Source: Candidatus Hermodarchaeota archaeon (lineage in GTDB: Archaea; Asgardarchaeota; Lokiarchaeia; Sigyniarchaeales; SOKP01). Taken from it: DNA of 64,000 nt. Made by a program: the position numbers and the translations under genes. The stretch covers positions 22,806-86,805 of the forward strand of contig JBHLLG010000007.1 of NCBI GenBank assembly GCA_048885925.1, read 5' to 3'. Below are positions 39,864 to 49,824 of this stretch, one piece after another (the stretch's first letter is position 1; the number at the start of each line of letters is the position of its first letter). Below the pieces are notes generated by a model. The model ran no database searches, had not been told where the DNA came from, and saw nothing but the letters and a program-made list of their open reading frames with translations.

Positions 39864-41366
39864 ATGGAAATTGAAGAAAGTTCCATTACAACGGAAATAA
39901 TGATGGAAACACAGACAATTGAGAGAGAAAAGAAAGAAAGCTTCAAAAAAATTCATTATAGCTTAATTATCTTTATGTTTATTCAGGTTCTTTGGCTTCT
40001 TACTTTTTCAGAACCCTTAACAGTGCTTTTTGCTCGGGGAGAACCACTGATACCAATTCTTCACGATGATATAATATCAAGAACTGCTCGTTATGTAATG
40101 ATATATCATTCTTTAGCAGTACCCTTTTTAGTAGCAAATACCTTTTGGATCTTGGAATACTATGAGATTCGTAAAAAATATATACCTACCTTAAAAATTC
40201 TTCTTCTAGCAGGAGCTTACATGGTTGGAATTGCAGGATTAATTTTTGCCTATACTCGTATAAGATTATTTCATGAAATTTTCTACTTTGGGCTATTCTT
40301 AGTATTTTTAGGTGGAATTCTCTTTGTTATTTCAGCTTTTCCAATTCCTGGTAAATTTCCAGATCCTAAAACTGAGATAAGAGGATCAACATTTAATAGA
40401 TTAAATTTAGAATATATGAATCTTGTAATTTTAGCTATTTGCGTTATGGTTTCAACTATTATGGCAGCACTGGGAGCTTTGGAGAATTTTACTGGTACAA
40501 TATGGGGTTTAGATCGTTCTCCCGAAGCATTCTTAGCTGAAGCTATTATTAGACGCCATCCCCATGACGTTGTTGAAGATTTTATAGTCTCTCATCTTCA
40601 TATACAACTTGCGCAATCAGCAGCAATGGTATTGATGGTTGCTTACCGTACAAGTAAAATGTCAGGAGCTGCTTATAAATATACATTAATTGGCAACGCA
40701 ATTGGAGTTATCATATTATCTTACGGTTCATGGATTTTAAACCATTTTATTATTTGGGTTGGTGCAGGTGTATTAATTTTTTGCACGATGGCGGTTGCTG
40801 GATTTGGTTGGAAGAATATAATATCTGATAAATTAGGGGAAAAATATAAATCTTCATCTCGTGGAACAAAGATTAAGACTTTATTTAAAGATCCTGTAAA
40901 TTTTACATATTATTATCTCATCTTGTTTTCACATCTATTCGTTACAATAACTGGTATCATAGTTGGTCTCCAAGTAGATGAATATTATAGGCTTCCAGAA
41001 ACTATCGAATTAGAGTATGACTTCAATGTTGGTCATTGGCACGTTCTTTCTGTATTAATAGCAATGGTATTAATGCTTAAATCTATTGACTTTTTCAATG
41101 TACAAGGCCGGCAACGACAGATTCTAGGTTGGATATTTTTCTTTGGTACAACTTTAACCTTTGGAGCGGCAGATCTTTATATGATACGTCGCTTACCAGC
41201 TGAAAACACCCAGCCATGGGCAACTTTAATGTTTACAGGTATATGGTTTCTGGTGATAGGAGTAACATGGGCAATTTTTGCGATCATTAAACAAAATCGG
41301 AAAGATCGAAAAATGAAGAAATCATTACTTATCTTCGAAGAATCATTAATCTCGGCTGAAAGATAG
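39864..41366 (+). CDS. 12-TM His-rich membrane protein, divergent heme-copper oxidase subunit I-like
   Basis: H82 in TM2, H244/H246 in TM6, H294, VGHWH in TM10, YMIRR after TM11; next to heme O synthase. Confidence 0.5.
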   Translation: MEIEESSITTEIMMETQTIEREKKESFKKIHYSLIIFMFIQVLWLLTFSEPLTVLFARGEPLIPILHDDIISRTARYVMIYHSLAVPFLVANTFWILEYYEIRKKYIPTLKILLLAGAYMVGIAGLIFAYTRIRLFHEIFYFGLFLVFLGGILFVISAFPIPGKFPDPKTEIRGSTFNRLNLEYMNLVILAICVMVSTIMAALGALENFTGTIWGLDRSPEAFLAEAIIRRHPHDVVEDFIVSHLHIQLAQSAAMVLMVAYRTSKMSGAAYKYTLIGNAIGVIILSYGSWILNHFIIWVGAGVLIFCTMAVAGFGWKNIISDKLGEKYKSSSRGTKIKTLFKDPVNFTYYYLILFSHLFVTITGIIVGLQVDEYYRLPETIELEYDFNVGHWHVLSVLIAMVLMLKSIDFFNVQGRQRQILGWIFFFGTTLTFGAADLYMIRRLPAENTQPWATLMFTGIWFLVIGVTWAIFAIIKQNRKDRKMKKSLLIFEESLISAER

Positions 41367-41490
41367 AAAATGAGTTTTTTTTTGAGATTTTTTTTTATTT
41401 TTATTATTATTATAAATTTTTTACACGAAAAAGATTTATATTCTAATTTTAATTTCCTTGAATATTTGATTAAATAAAGATAAAAGCGAT

Positions 41491-42384
41491 GTGGTTATAA
41501 GTATGGAAATAAGTAGCTTATTATCTATATATGGAGAAATTATCAAAGCTAAGCAAACTATTTTACTATTATATACTGCTATAATCTCATACTTCATAAC
41601 TGTAGTCGAATTTCGATTAAATATTAATTGGGTAAATTTTATTTTTGTAATCTTATCATTATTTTTAGCAATATCAGGCTCGACTGCTTTGAACATGTAT
41701 ATTGATAGAGATATTGATGCAATCATGGAACGGACGAAAGATCGTCCCTTACCTAGTGGAAAGGTTACTCCGTCGCTAGTTCTTATTAATGGAATTGTAA
41801 TGACGGTTTTAGGAGTATTTATTGCGTTTTTTCTACTTAATTTTTATGCGACTTTAGTAATTTTTTTAGGCTTTTTCTTTGATGTTATTGTCTATAGTAT
41901 TTTACTAAAAAGAAGAACGAAATTTAGTATAATTTTTGGAGGTGTAGCTGGGGGTCTTCCTGCTTTAGCAGCTAGAGTCGCAATATTAGGATTAGTCGAT
42001 TGGATAGGATTACTGTTTTTAATCTTTATATTAACTTGGATTCCAGTACATATTCTTACTTTAGCATTAATTCCGAAGAATTATAAAGGGTATAAAGAAG
42101 CAAAAATACCTATGTGGCCTGTTGTTAGTTCAGAAAAAGGAACCATGAGAGTTATTGCAACAGGAGCCTTTTTTAGTTCGGTATCACTCTATGAAAGTGC
42201 TCAACTTTTAGATGCTAATGGCGTTATTAGGATTATTATTGCCATATGTTGTGTATTTCTCATATATTTAACCATAAAAGACTTAATAAAACCCTCAACC
42301 AGACTTACCTTTATAATCTTCAAAGTTGCTTCACTTTATATGATTATGGGATTTTTAATGCTTTATTTAGGCGTTGTCTTTTAA
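41491..42384 (+). CDS. ctaB: Protoheme IX farnesyltransferase (heme O synthase)
   Basis: NMYIDRDIDAIMERTKDRPLPSG, YSILLKRRT, GGVAGGLP, WIPVH. Confidence 0.92.
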   Translation: MVISMEISSLLSIYGEIIKAKQTILLLYTAIISYFITVVEFRLNINWVNFIFVILSLFLAISGSTALNMYIDRDIDAIMERTKDRPLPSGKVTPSLVLINGIVMTVLGVFIAFFLLNFYATLVIFLGFFFDVIVYSILLKRRTKFSIIFGGVAGGLPALAARVAILGLVDWIGLLFLIFILTWIPVHILTLALIPKNYKGYKEAKIPMWPVVSSEKGTMRVIATGAFFSSVSLYESAQLLDANGVIRIIIAICCVFLIYLTIKDLIKPSTRLTFIIFKVASLYMIMGFLMLYLGVVF

Positions 42385-42510
42385 AGTTAATATTTATAAA
42401 GATCCTTTTTATTAATATAAGCCATTTCTTTAATAGTAGTAAATTATTTAAATAAACACATAAATTTCAATTTAAAAATTATACAAAATAATAAAACTAA
42501 AGTAGTAATT

Positions 42511-43065
42511 ATGACAACATTTTTCGCTGAACTGGGCTTAATGATTTCAATTGCGATGATACTAATAGCCTTATGCATAATATTAAACACTATAAAAGCA
42601 AGAGAAAAAAAAGTGAATTATATCGTTTTAACTTTAATAATTATCTTTGTAATTTTGTTTACGATATTACTTATTATTAACGGTATTGCTTGGTTTAATG
42701 ATGATAGTCTTCATTTAGGATTAATTCTTGGTCTACCTGCATTGATTCTCATAACAACTGCAATGGTTCTCGTATTATATAACGAGCAGAAATTTGTTTT
42801 TTGGCATGGATTATTAGGCATCTCATCTTGGGTTGTTACATTAGTAAATGTAATTGCATTATTCTGGATGCCTGGTAATCAAGTAATTAACTATTCAGGA
42901 TTAACACACTTTATGCATATTATCGGAGGTGGAGGCGGTTTAGCAGCAGGTTTTACCAACGCCTTATTCGGAACTTCTGGACAGCGAAAACTCGCTAAGT
43001 TAACTGGTTATATTACAATGGGTTGTTGGTGGGGTGCTTTTTTTTTAGGCCTCCTTCTTTTATAG
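42511..43065 (+). CDS. His-rich cytochrome b-like membrane protein
   Basis: LHLG, FWHG, THFMH, TGYITMGCWWGAFF; paralog of the C-terminal half of 25579-26421. Confidence 0.6.
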   Translation: MTTFFAELGLMISIAMILIALCIILNTIKAREKKVNYIVLTLIIIFVILFTILLIINGIAWFNDDSLHLGLILGLPALILITTAMVLVLYNEQKFVFWHGLLGISSWVVTLVNVIALFWMPGNQVINYSGLTHFMHIIGGGGGLAAGFTNALFGTSGQRKLAKLTGYITMGCWWGAFFLGLLLL

Positions 43066-43095
43066 AATAATTTTAAAAATTGAGGTGAAGTAAAA

Positions 43096-44562
43096 ATGAA
43101 TGTTTCTAAAATTGAAAATAAACAAGAAGTCGGAAAGATAGAATCATTTACTAAAGAAGTAGAAGAGTTCATTGCTCCCGAACACATAACTACAGATCCT
43201 TACGAAATTGAAGCTTCCTCAGCTGATCTTAGTTTGTTACCAAAATACCATTACAAATTCAAAAAAGATTATCAAGCAACTCATATTATTCGTCCTGCTA
43301 ATATTGAAGAACTTTCAAAATTAATGAAAAAGTGTAATGAATATTCAATACCTGTAACTATTAGAGCTGCTGGAAGTTCATGTTATTCATCTTCAACACC
43401 CACTAAAGGAGGAGTATTAATTGACATTCGAAGGATGAATCAGGTACATGAAGTTGATGTTGAAAATATGAGGGTTAAATGCGATGCAGGTATTTCTTGG
43501 TTAGAGCTCATCGAAACTCTTCTTAATTATGGTCTAGCACCAAAATGTTATCCTACAAGCTACAAATCTTCATGTGTTGGAGGGTTTGTAGTTACATCAG
43601 GAAAAGCAGGAATCGGAGTTATAAAATATGGGATGATGAAAAATTCAATTCTCTCAATGGTTTTTATAAAACCTGATGGTTCTATCGAAAAAATTTCTAA
43701 GGATTCAAAAGGAGATTTATCAATGGATGATATTATAGGATCATTTGGTATTTTTGGTGTAGTTGCGGAAGTAGAAATGGAAATAACTACTCTTAAAACT
43801 TCGATGGAAATAACTGGTTACAGTTTTAAATCAATCGATGAAGCAATTGAATTTTATTTAACATTAAAAAATGATCTTTCAAACCAACCATTCTTCCTTT
43901 CACTTTCAGATAAAAGCTTCGAGAAATATGCCCATTGGACTTTCCCAGCAAGAAAATATTTTGTTTATGCTGTATATTACGATGATCCTGAAACAACCTC
44001 TCAAAATGTTTCGTTCGCTCAAGAAGTAGCTATAAAATTTAACGGATTTAAAGTTGAAGAATGGTATTTAAAAGAAAAATGGCAAAATATCGCTGATACA
44101 GAGGTTAATATCGGACGTCGATGTAATACTTTATTTTTCCAAGAATATTGGATAGCCAATGAAAGATTAGCCGATTTTTACAAGTTTTATGTTACGAAAA
44201 CACTGAATTATGAATTTAATAAAGCCTTTTATGTGATTGCTGGAAGTGAAGGAGGAAACAGAATTAAATTGTTTGGTCTTACTGATTTAAACAATTCTCG
44301 AGAGTTTTTTGGGATTAAAGCTATTTTCCATGATATAACAATGAATACTTATAGACAAAATGATAGTCTCTATACAATAGGTGTAGTAAATACATTATAT
44401 AACCTTAAATTTAATCCTAAAAGAGTGTCATATTTAAAACAACTGAAAAAAAAAGTAGATCCTGAAGACCTTGTTAACTCTTATAGGTTAATAAAAGCAA
44501 AAATGAGATGGAGTAGATTTCTTCTTCTTTTCTACATCGCTAAACTACTATACAAGACTTAA
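43096..44562 (+). CDS. FAD-linked oxidoreductase (GlcD/VAO-PCMH family), paralog 2
   Basis: IRAAGSS, GGVLIDI, GSFGIFGVV; colinear with 26511-27926. Confidence 0.85.
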   Translation: MNVSKIENKQEVGKIESFTKEVEEFIAPEHITTDPYEIEASSADLSLLPKYHYKFKKDYQATHIIRPANIEELSKLMKKCNEYSIPVTIRAAGSSCYSSSTPTKGGVLIDIRRMNQVHEVDVENMRVKCDAGISWLELIETLLNYGLAPKCYPTSYKSSCVGGFVVTSGKAGIGVIKYGMMKNSILSMVFIKPDGSIEKISKDSKGDLSMDDIIGSFGIFGVVAEVEMEITTLKTSMEITGYSFKSIDEAIEFYLTLKNDLSNQPFFLSLSDKSFEKYAHWTFPARKYFVYAVYYDDPETTSQNVSFAQEVAIKFNGFKVEEWYLKEKWQNIADTEVNIGRRCNTLFFQEYWIANERLADFYKFYVTKTLNYEFNKAFYVIAGSEGGNRIKLFGLTDLNNSREFFGIKAIFHDITMNTYRQNDSLYTIGVVNTLYNLKFNPKRVSYLKQLKKKVDPEDLVNSYRLIKAKMRWSRFLLLFYIAKLLYKT

Positions 44563-44593
44563 TTATTAAAAAGAATAGGATGAGGTAATAAAA

Positions 44594-45958
44594 ATGAATA
44601 GAGATAAAGTAAAAGATATTAATAAAGTAGTCACATCAGGACCACCAGGATCAGATTATTTTGCACCTGATCAAAGAAATTTGCTAAAACCAATTACTAA
44701 ATATAAAGAAGCAGATACTTATGAACGATGCGTTCACTGTGGATATTGTCGGCATGTATGCAGAGTATACAATACAACGTATTCCGAAAAGGATTATGCT
44801 GGAGGCCGTAATAGAATACTTAAATCCTTATCTAAAAAAGAAATAAGATTTGATAAAGAAGGGATTATTGATTCACTTTATCGCTGCATGCTTTGTGGTA
44901 ATTGTAGAGTTGTGTGTCCCATAGGAATTGATACATTAGAAGTATTTCAGACTTATCGAACGAAAGCAGTACGAAAAGGTGTAATGCCTCAAAAACTTAA
45001 GGTTTTAAGAGACTCCATTAAAGAAAATAATAATCCATTTCTCGAGAGTGGGACTGATAGATTTAAGTGGTGCAATACAGAATCGTGTACTGAAGGACAT
45101 ATAGCATATGAACGTGGAAAAGAATTATATAACAAAATTCTATCTGGAGAATATAAACCAGAAGATAGTAGTAATTTGGTTGGTTATTTTGTTGGGTGTA
45201 CTTCTGCTTATAGAAATAATGAATTAACAGTAGCATCAAGTCGAGTTTTAGACAAACTTGGTGTAGAATTCATAGTTTTTCCCCAAGAGAAATGCTGTGG
45301 TTCGGTTTTATTCCGAACCGGGGTTGAAGATGATGCGGTTGAGTTTGTTAAATATAACGTCGATATGATCCGTGAAATGGGGATAAAGCAAATAGTATTC
45401 TCATGCGCAGGGTGTTTTTCTACATTCACTACAGAGTATCCAAGATTTATAGAGGGTAATCTTGGATTTGGTCTTAATCACTTAGTTCAATATATTCCTA
45501 AAATTGTGAAAGAAAAAAATTTAAAAATTAGATATAGAAATAGTACGAAGGACAATCCATTAAAGGTAACATACCACGATCCTTGCCACCTTGGAAGATA
45601 TTGTAATATATATAGCGAACCACGAGAACTTATAAATATGATCGAAGGGATTAAATTAATTGAGATGAAACATAATAGGGATATGTCATGGTGCTGTGGA
45701 GCAGGAGGAGGGGTTAGAGCATTATATGGAGAAATATCAACTGATATAGCAAGTAATCGATTAGATGAAACAGTTGCATGTTGGGAAGATATAAATGCCG
45801 ATCGTTTGAAAGAAGCATTAGAAACAAAAGCCGATGTTTTACTTAGTGCATGTGTGTTTTGTAAAAATAACTTATTTTTAGCTGCAAGTGAAGCAAATTC
45901 AGAATTACCAGTTATGGATATAACACAAATTTTAGAAGATTGCGAATTCTCTCTCTAA
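44594..45958 (+). CDS. GlcF/HdrD-like Fe-S/CCG protein, paralog 2
   Basis: CVHCGYC, CMLCGNCRVVCP, CCGS, YHDPCHLGR, CCGAGGG. Confidence 0.88.
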   Translation: MNRDKVKDINKVVTSGPPGSDYFAPDQRNLLKPITKYKEADTYERCVHCGYCRHVCRVYNTTYSEKDYAGGRNRILKSLSKKEIRFDKEGIIDSLYRCMLCGNCRVVCPIGIDTLEVFQTYRTKAVRKGVMPQKLKVLRDSIKENNNPFLESGTDRFKWCNTESCTEGHIAYERGKELYNKILSGEYKPEDSSNLVGYFVGCTSAYRNNELTVASSRVLDKLGVEFIVFPQEKCCGSVLFRTGVEDDAVEFVKYNVDMIREMGIKQIVFSCAGCFSTFTTEYPRFIEGNLGFGLNHLVQYIPKIVKEKNLKIRYRNSTKDNPLKVTYHDPCHLGRYCNIYSEPRELINMIEGIKLIEMKHNRDMSWCCGAGGGVRALYGEISTDIASNRLDETVACWEDINADRLKEALETKADVLLSACVFCKNNLFLAASEANSELPVMDITQILEDCEFSL

Positions 45959-46147
45959 TTTTTTTTTTCATTTTTTATATTTTTAGCTTAACTTTTTCCG
46001 AGTAAAACTATTAGATTAATACATTTGTGCCTAATATTAAATATTTTGAGGAACGGTTCTAAGAAGAAAAGTTGAGTTGATATAGCTATTGTATTAATCA
46101 TTTTATAATAAAAAGTAGAAAAAAGTGATTTAAATAACTGATTCATC

Positions 46148-46948
46148 TTATAGATTTCTGTCTAAGAAGCCTTTAGAGGTTATTTTCTGCCAGTACTTCG
46201 GTGAAATGAAAAGGACTAAAACCACTGTGGCTAATATTGGACCGAGTAAGAATAAGGAGAATCCTTCGAATGGTGAGAATAAACCGGCAGAAAATCCAGC
46301 TACAGCCTCTAATATTGCAGCACCTAGCCCAACTTTCCGCACCCATTCACTTGGACGAAGTGCAATACCAACTGTTGCTATTCCAAAGCCAATAGAAGCG
46401 ATCCAATTCAAACGTTGCATAGCTGTAAAAAGTGGCCATCCAAGGGCTACTATACGATTAGTTGCGGCAACACCGTTCATAAAGGACAGAACCCAGGCCA
46501 TACCAACGATTAAACCAAGTAAAGCAGTTTTCCCTGAAAACCTTGCTATTGGTCCCATTAATAAAAAATATATAATCAGGTGTGTGAAGAATAAAGGGGG
46601 AAATAATGGTGGCTGGGCGGTAATAATTGCAGGAACTATGGGCCAGAAAGCACTCTGAATCGCAAGTACATTAGCTATTATTGCTAATGTGAAAGCTCTT
46701 TTATCATCCTGTATGAAAGCAATAGCACTCAGAAGATATAATACCCCTGCAATAATTCCAATATCTGAAATGAATGGAAAGATGAATTCTACAACTACAG
46801 CACATCCCAAACCACTAAGAGTACCTAGAGCTTCTTCACCAATTATCATAGGTTGATATGTCATTATGAAAAAAATCGGAATAAGAACAATCCCTAATAT
46901 AGCTCCAATTAAACAGAGAACTACTGCTAAAATTTTGTTTTTTGTCAT
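46148..46948 (-). CDS. Hypothetical multi-pass membrane protein
   Basis: About 8 TM, apparently two internal halves. Confidence 0.7.
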   Translation of the reverse strand: MTKNKILAVVLCLIGAILGIVLIPIFFIMTYQPMIIGEEALGTLSGLGCAVVVEFIFPFISDIGIIAGVLYLLSAIAFIQDDKRAFTLAIIANVLAIQSAFWPIVPAIITAQPPLFPPLFFTHLIIYFLLMGPIARFSGKTALLGLIVGMAWVLSFMNGVAATNRIVALGWPLFTAMQRLNWIASIGFGIATVGIALRPSEWVRKVGLGAAILEAVAGFSAGLFSPFEGFSLFLLGPILATVVLVLFISPKYWQKITSKGFLDRNL

Positions 46949-47027
46949 TTACCTAATTCCCTAATTTAAAAGTTATTCAAATATTTAATTATTTGAGTAC
47001 TTGATTTTTTTACTTAAAAGTTAGCAT

Positions 47028-47041
47028 CCGAACATGTTCGG
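47028..47041. promoter_or_regulatory. Perfect palindrome CCGAACATGTTCGG, candidate operator
   Basis: Upstream of 46948; the core recurs at 47913-47924. Confidence 0.6.
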
Positions 47042-47095
47042 TAATATTATTAATATCTATTAGAATGAGATATTTCTTCTTTAAATTATAATAGA

Positions 47096-47752
47096 TTAAG
47101 TTCCAAATTTAATTTTTTTCTTGATAATTTTTCTAAGTTGTTCTGATGTCCAAGATTTTGATTTATTTAATTTATTTGCTAAAGATTCCAATGAAATTTT
47201 TCTTGGAACCTCAAAAAAACCTAAATTTATTGCTGTATTAAGTATCTTAGATTCTTTTATAGTTAATCTATTTTTTTCATTATTAAAAGAATAGGGGGCA
47301 TTTCCAATTTGGAGTAATGAAAAATTAATGTTTTTTTCCTCAAAAAGTTTTAATAAATCATCAATTCGCTTTCTAGTCGAGATTACCTCCCATATTGCAT
47401 ATCTATCTCTTACTCTCACGGGGAAATCAATTAAAACCCCACATTTAATTACTGCGAACAATAAATAAGGATTTTTTGTTTTAATATTGATTTTCGCTCG
47501 ATTTTCTTCCTTAGTTAAAATACTAAATTCAAAAACAGATGGATGTGTAGCAATTTTATTAATAACTTGTTCGATTCTATAGTAGATAATTTCAATTATA
47601 GTATTTCCAATAGATTTCTCAAAATCATAAGGTAAGAAGTTTAATATATTTAGCTCTATATCGGGAAAGTTATCAAAAATTATTGAAAACCACTTTTGTT
47701 CTGGAATTCCGATTTTAATTGTAGCTATAGTTGTTTTGGTTGTATCCATCAT
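47096..47752 (-). CDS. Bat/HTH_10-type transcriptional regulator
   Basis: C-terminal LT.KE..IL..A..LGFFEVPRKISLESLA..L..SKS..SEQLRK. Confidence 0.85.
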   Translation of the reverse strand: MMDTTKTTIATIKIGIPEQKWFSIIFDNFPDIELNILNFLPYDFEKSIGNTIIEIIYYRIEQVINKIATHPSVFEFSILTKEENRAKINIKTKNPYLLFAVIKCGVLIDFPVRVRDRYAIWEVISTRKRIDDLLKLFEEKNINFSLLQIGNAPYSFNNEKNRLTIKESKILNTAINLGFFEVPRKISLESLANKLNKSKSWTSEQLRKIIKKKIKFGT

Positions 47753-47912
47753 TATATGATAAATTTTGAATTTTAATAATTTTTCTAAATCTAAAGTATA
47801 AGAAAGTTTAATCCTTAGACTCCTAAATTGAAAAAAAATCTAAAATATTGAATATTTTAATTTCACAAATTCAGAATTAAAATTCCAATTCTTATTGTCG
47901 TTCTTTCTAAAT

Positions 47913-47924
47913 GAACATGTTCGG
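47913..47924. promoter_or_regulatory. Second GAACATGTTCGG operator-like site
   Basis: Lies between the HTH regulator and the divergent gene at 47998. Confidence 0.55.
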
Positions 47925-47997
47925 TTTAATTATTATATCTAAATAGAATGCAATATTTCTTAAAGAATGATAAAAAAAATTTTGGATTTGAAATAAA

Positions 47998-48195
47998 TTG
48001 GAAAGCCGTAAAAGAAATGGTTTAATCCTAATTATAATAGGAGTGATTTTTATTCTTATAAATGCATTTGTGGTTTATCCCTATATTAATTGTTCTTTTG
48101 CCCCTCTTACATTTTGGCTTCTAGCACTTATAGGGGGGGTAGGGGGAATATTATTATTGTTTGATGTAAAATTATTTTATTCCGATGAGGATTAA
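47998..48195 (+). CDS. Small 2-TM membrane protein
   Basis: 65 aa, TTG start, two hydrophobic segments. Confidence 0.5.
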   Translation: MESRKRNGLILIIIGVIFILINAFVVYPYINCSFAPLTFWLLALIGGVGGILLLFDVKLFYSDED

Positions 48196-48518
48196 ACTTT
48201 ATCTAAGACTTTGGTAAAATAAGAAATTTAGTTTAGAAAACTACATCCCTTCTTTTAAAAATTTCTTTAAAATTGGCAGGAAATAATTAATTATCTTTAT
48301 AATATTAAAACAAATTTCATATAATGAATCATTTTTGCATTATTAAATAAAGAATAAAATTGACTTTTAAGATGAATGTTAAAAAAAATAACTTAAAACT
48401 CATGAATTTCCTAGGTCCATTAATTAGAATTATAATTTTCCAATTATCTTTTAATAAAAAAAAAGAATCTCACGGTTTTTTCGTGAGGGAACTAAACAGT
48501 AGTTTTTGAGGTTAAAAT

Positions 48519-49733
48519 ATGATGAGTTTAAAAATAAAACAAATCTTATTGTTATTAATATATTATCTTAGTCCGATTTTGGTTTCGATAATTTATTGGT
48601 TTGAAGAACCAGAGCTATTTTCACTTGAAAGTAATACTTTATTAATGAATTTAATTCATAGAACTGGTAGCATACTAGGTATATTTTCTTTTATCTGGAT
48701 GTGTTTCAACACCATTATTATTATAAAGTTAAAATTGATTGAAAAAAAATTTAGTCTAAATGGAATACTTAGATTTCATACATACATGGCTGCAATTGCT
48801 TTGTCTTTTGGAATTGCACATTACCCTATGGTACGCTTAGGAAGAACATACTCATCATTCCAGATAAGGTCAGGAACCATTGGATTTATGATTTTCGCTA
48901 CTTTAATGACTTTAGCCTTCATTTTCATGAGTAATCGTTTGATTAGGTATAAAAGAATCGAGAAGTTGAGAATATTCGCATATAAAATAAAGTTCAAATA
49001 TAAAGTTAATAAAATCCTTCATAACTTGATGTTGTTAGGGATTTCTATAATTTTCATCCATACACTAATAGCAAATACATCAACAAATTCATTGCTTATG
49101 AATAGTGTATATATCTTTTTCTTTACCATAACAATTATTGGTTGGATTAATCACAAGATAATCCGAATATTTCGTTTAAATTCAGATCCATACTTTTATC
49201 GTAAAGCTACTTGGGATGTTTCTGATTCAGAGATTCTCCTAAAAACAAATAAAAAGTGGGCTTTAACTTCGATTAAGCGAAATCCCTCACTTTACCCTTG
49301 TTTACAATGTGGAATATGTACAGAAAATTGTCCAATCTCTAAAGTTACAAAAGGAGATTACAATCCACGCCGGAATATTTTAAATGCACTCTTTGGTTAT
49401 AAAGATGTGCTTTTAGGAGAAAAAAATTTGGTAATTTGGGGGTGTACAAGTTGTAAAACATGCGATGAAGTATGTCCTCAAAATATAAAACTAACAGAGA
49501 CATTTGAATCTTTGAAGAACCAAAGTATTGCTTTAGGAAAGGGTCCAAAATTTATCATTTTGCAATCAAAAACGATCTTCGAAAATGGTAAAGCGATACC
49601 TTCACAATCAGCAATAAAGAGAAGAAGAGATCAATTGGCTCTACCTTCTATTCTACAACCTGATTTAGCAGAAATACAAACTCTATTAAAACACTTAGAA
49701 ATCGATAGAAAAATGCAATCTACTAAATTATGA
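48519..49733 (+). CDS. Fusion of a ferric-reductase-like diheme b TM domain and an HdrC-like 2x[4Fe-4S] domain
   Basis: His pairs H-x13-H (RFH...IAH) and H-x12-H (ILH...FIH). C-terminus (CLQCGICTENCP, CTSCKTCDEVCPQ, LKNQSIALGKGP) closely matches hdrC at 10502. Confidence 0.8.
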   Translation: MMSLKIKQILLLLIYYLSPILVSIIYWFEEPELFSLESNTLLMNLIHRTGSILGIFSFIWMCFNTIIIIKLKLIEKKFSLNGILRFHTYMAAIALSFGIAHYPMVRLGRTYSSFQIRSGTIGFMIFATLMTLAFIFMSNRLIRYKRIEKLRIFAYKIKFKYKVNKILHNLMLLGISIIFIHTLIANTSTNSLLMNSVYIFFFTITIIGWINHKIIRIFRLNSDPYFYRKATWDVSDSEILLKTNKKWALTSIKRNPSLYPCLQCGICTENCPISKVTKGDYNPRRNILNALFGYKDVLLGEKNLVIWGCTSCKTCDEVCPQNIKLTETFESLKNQSIALGKGPKFIILQSKTIFENGKAIPSQSAIKRRRDQLALPSILQPDLAEIQTLLKHLEIDRKMQSTKL

Positions 49734-49824
49734 TTTCCTTTATAATCTTAATTTTTAAGATTAATATTAAAAATTGTTTTAGTATCACCTAAACTCTTTT
49801 AATTTGTTATTCTTTCTATTTTAT

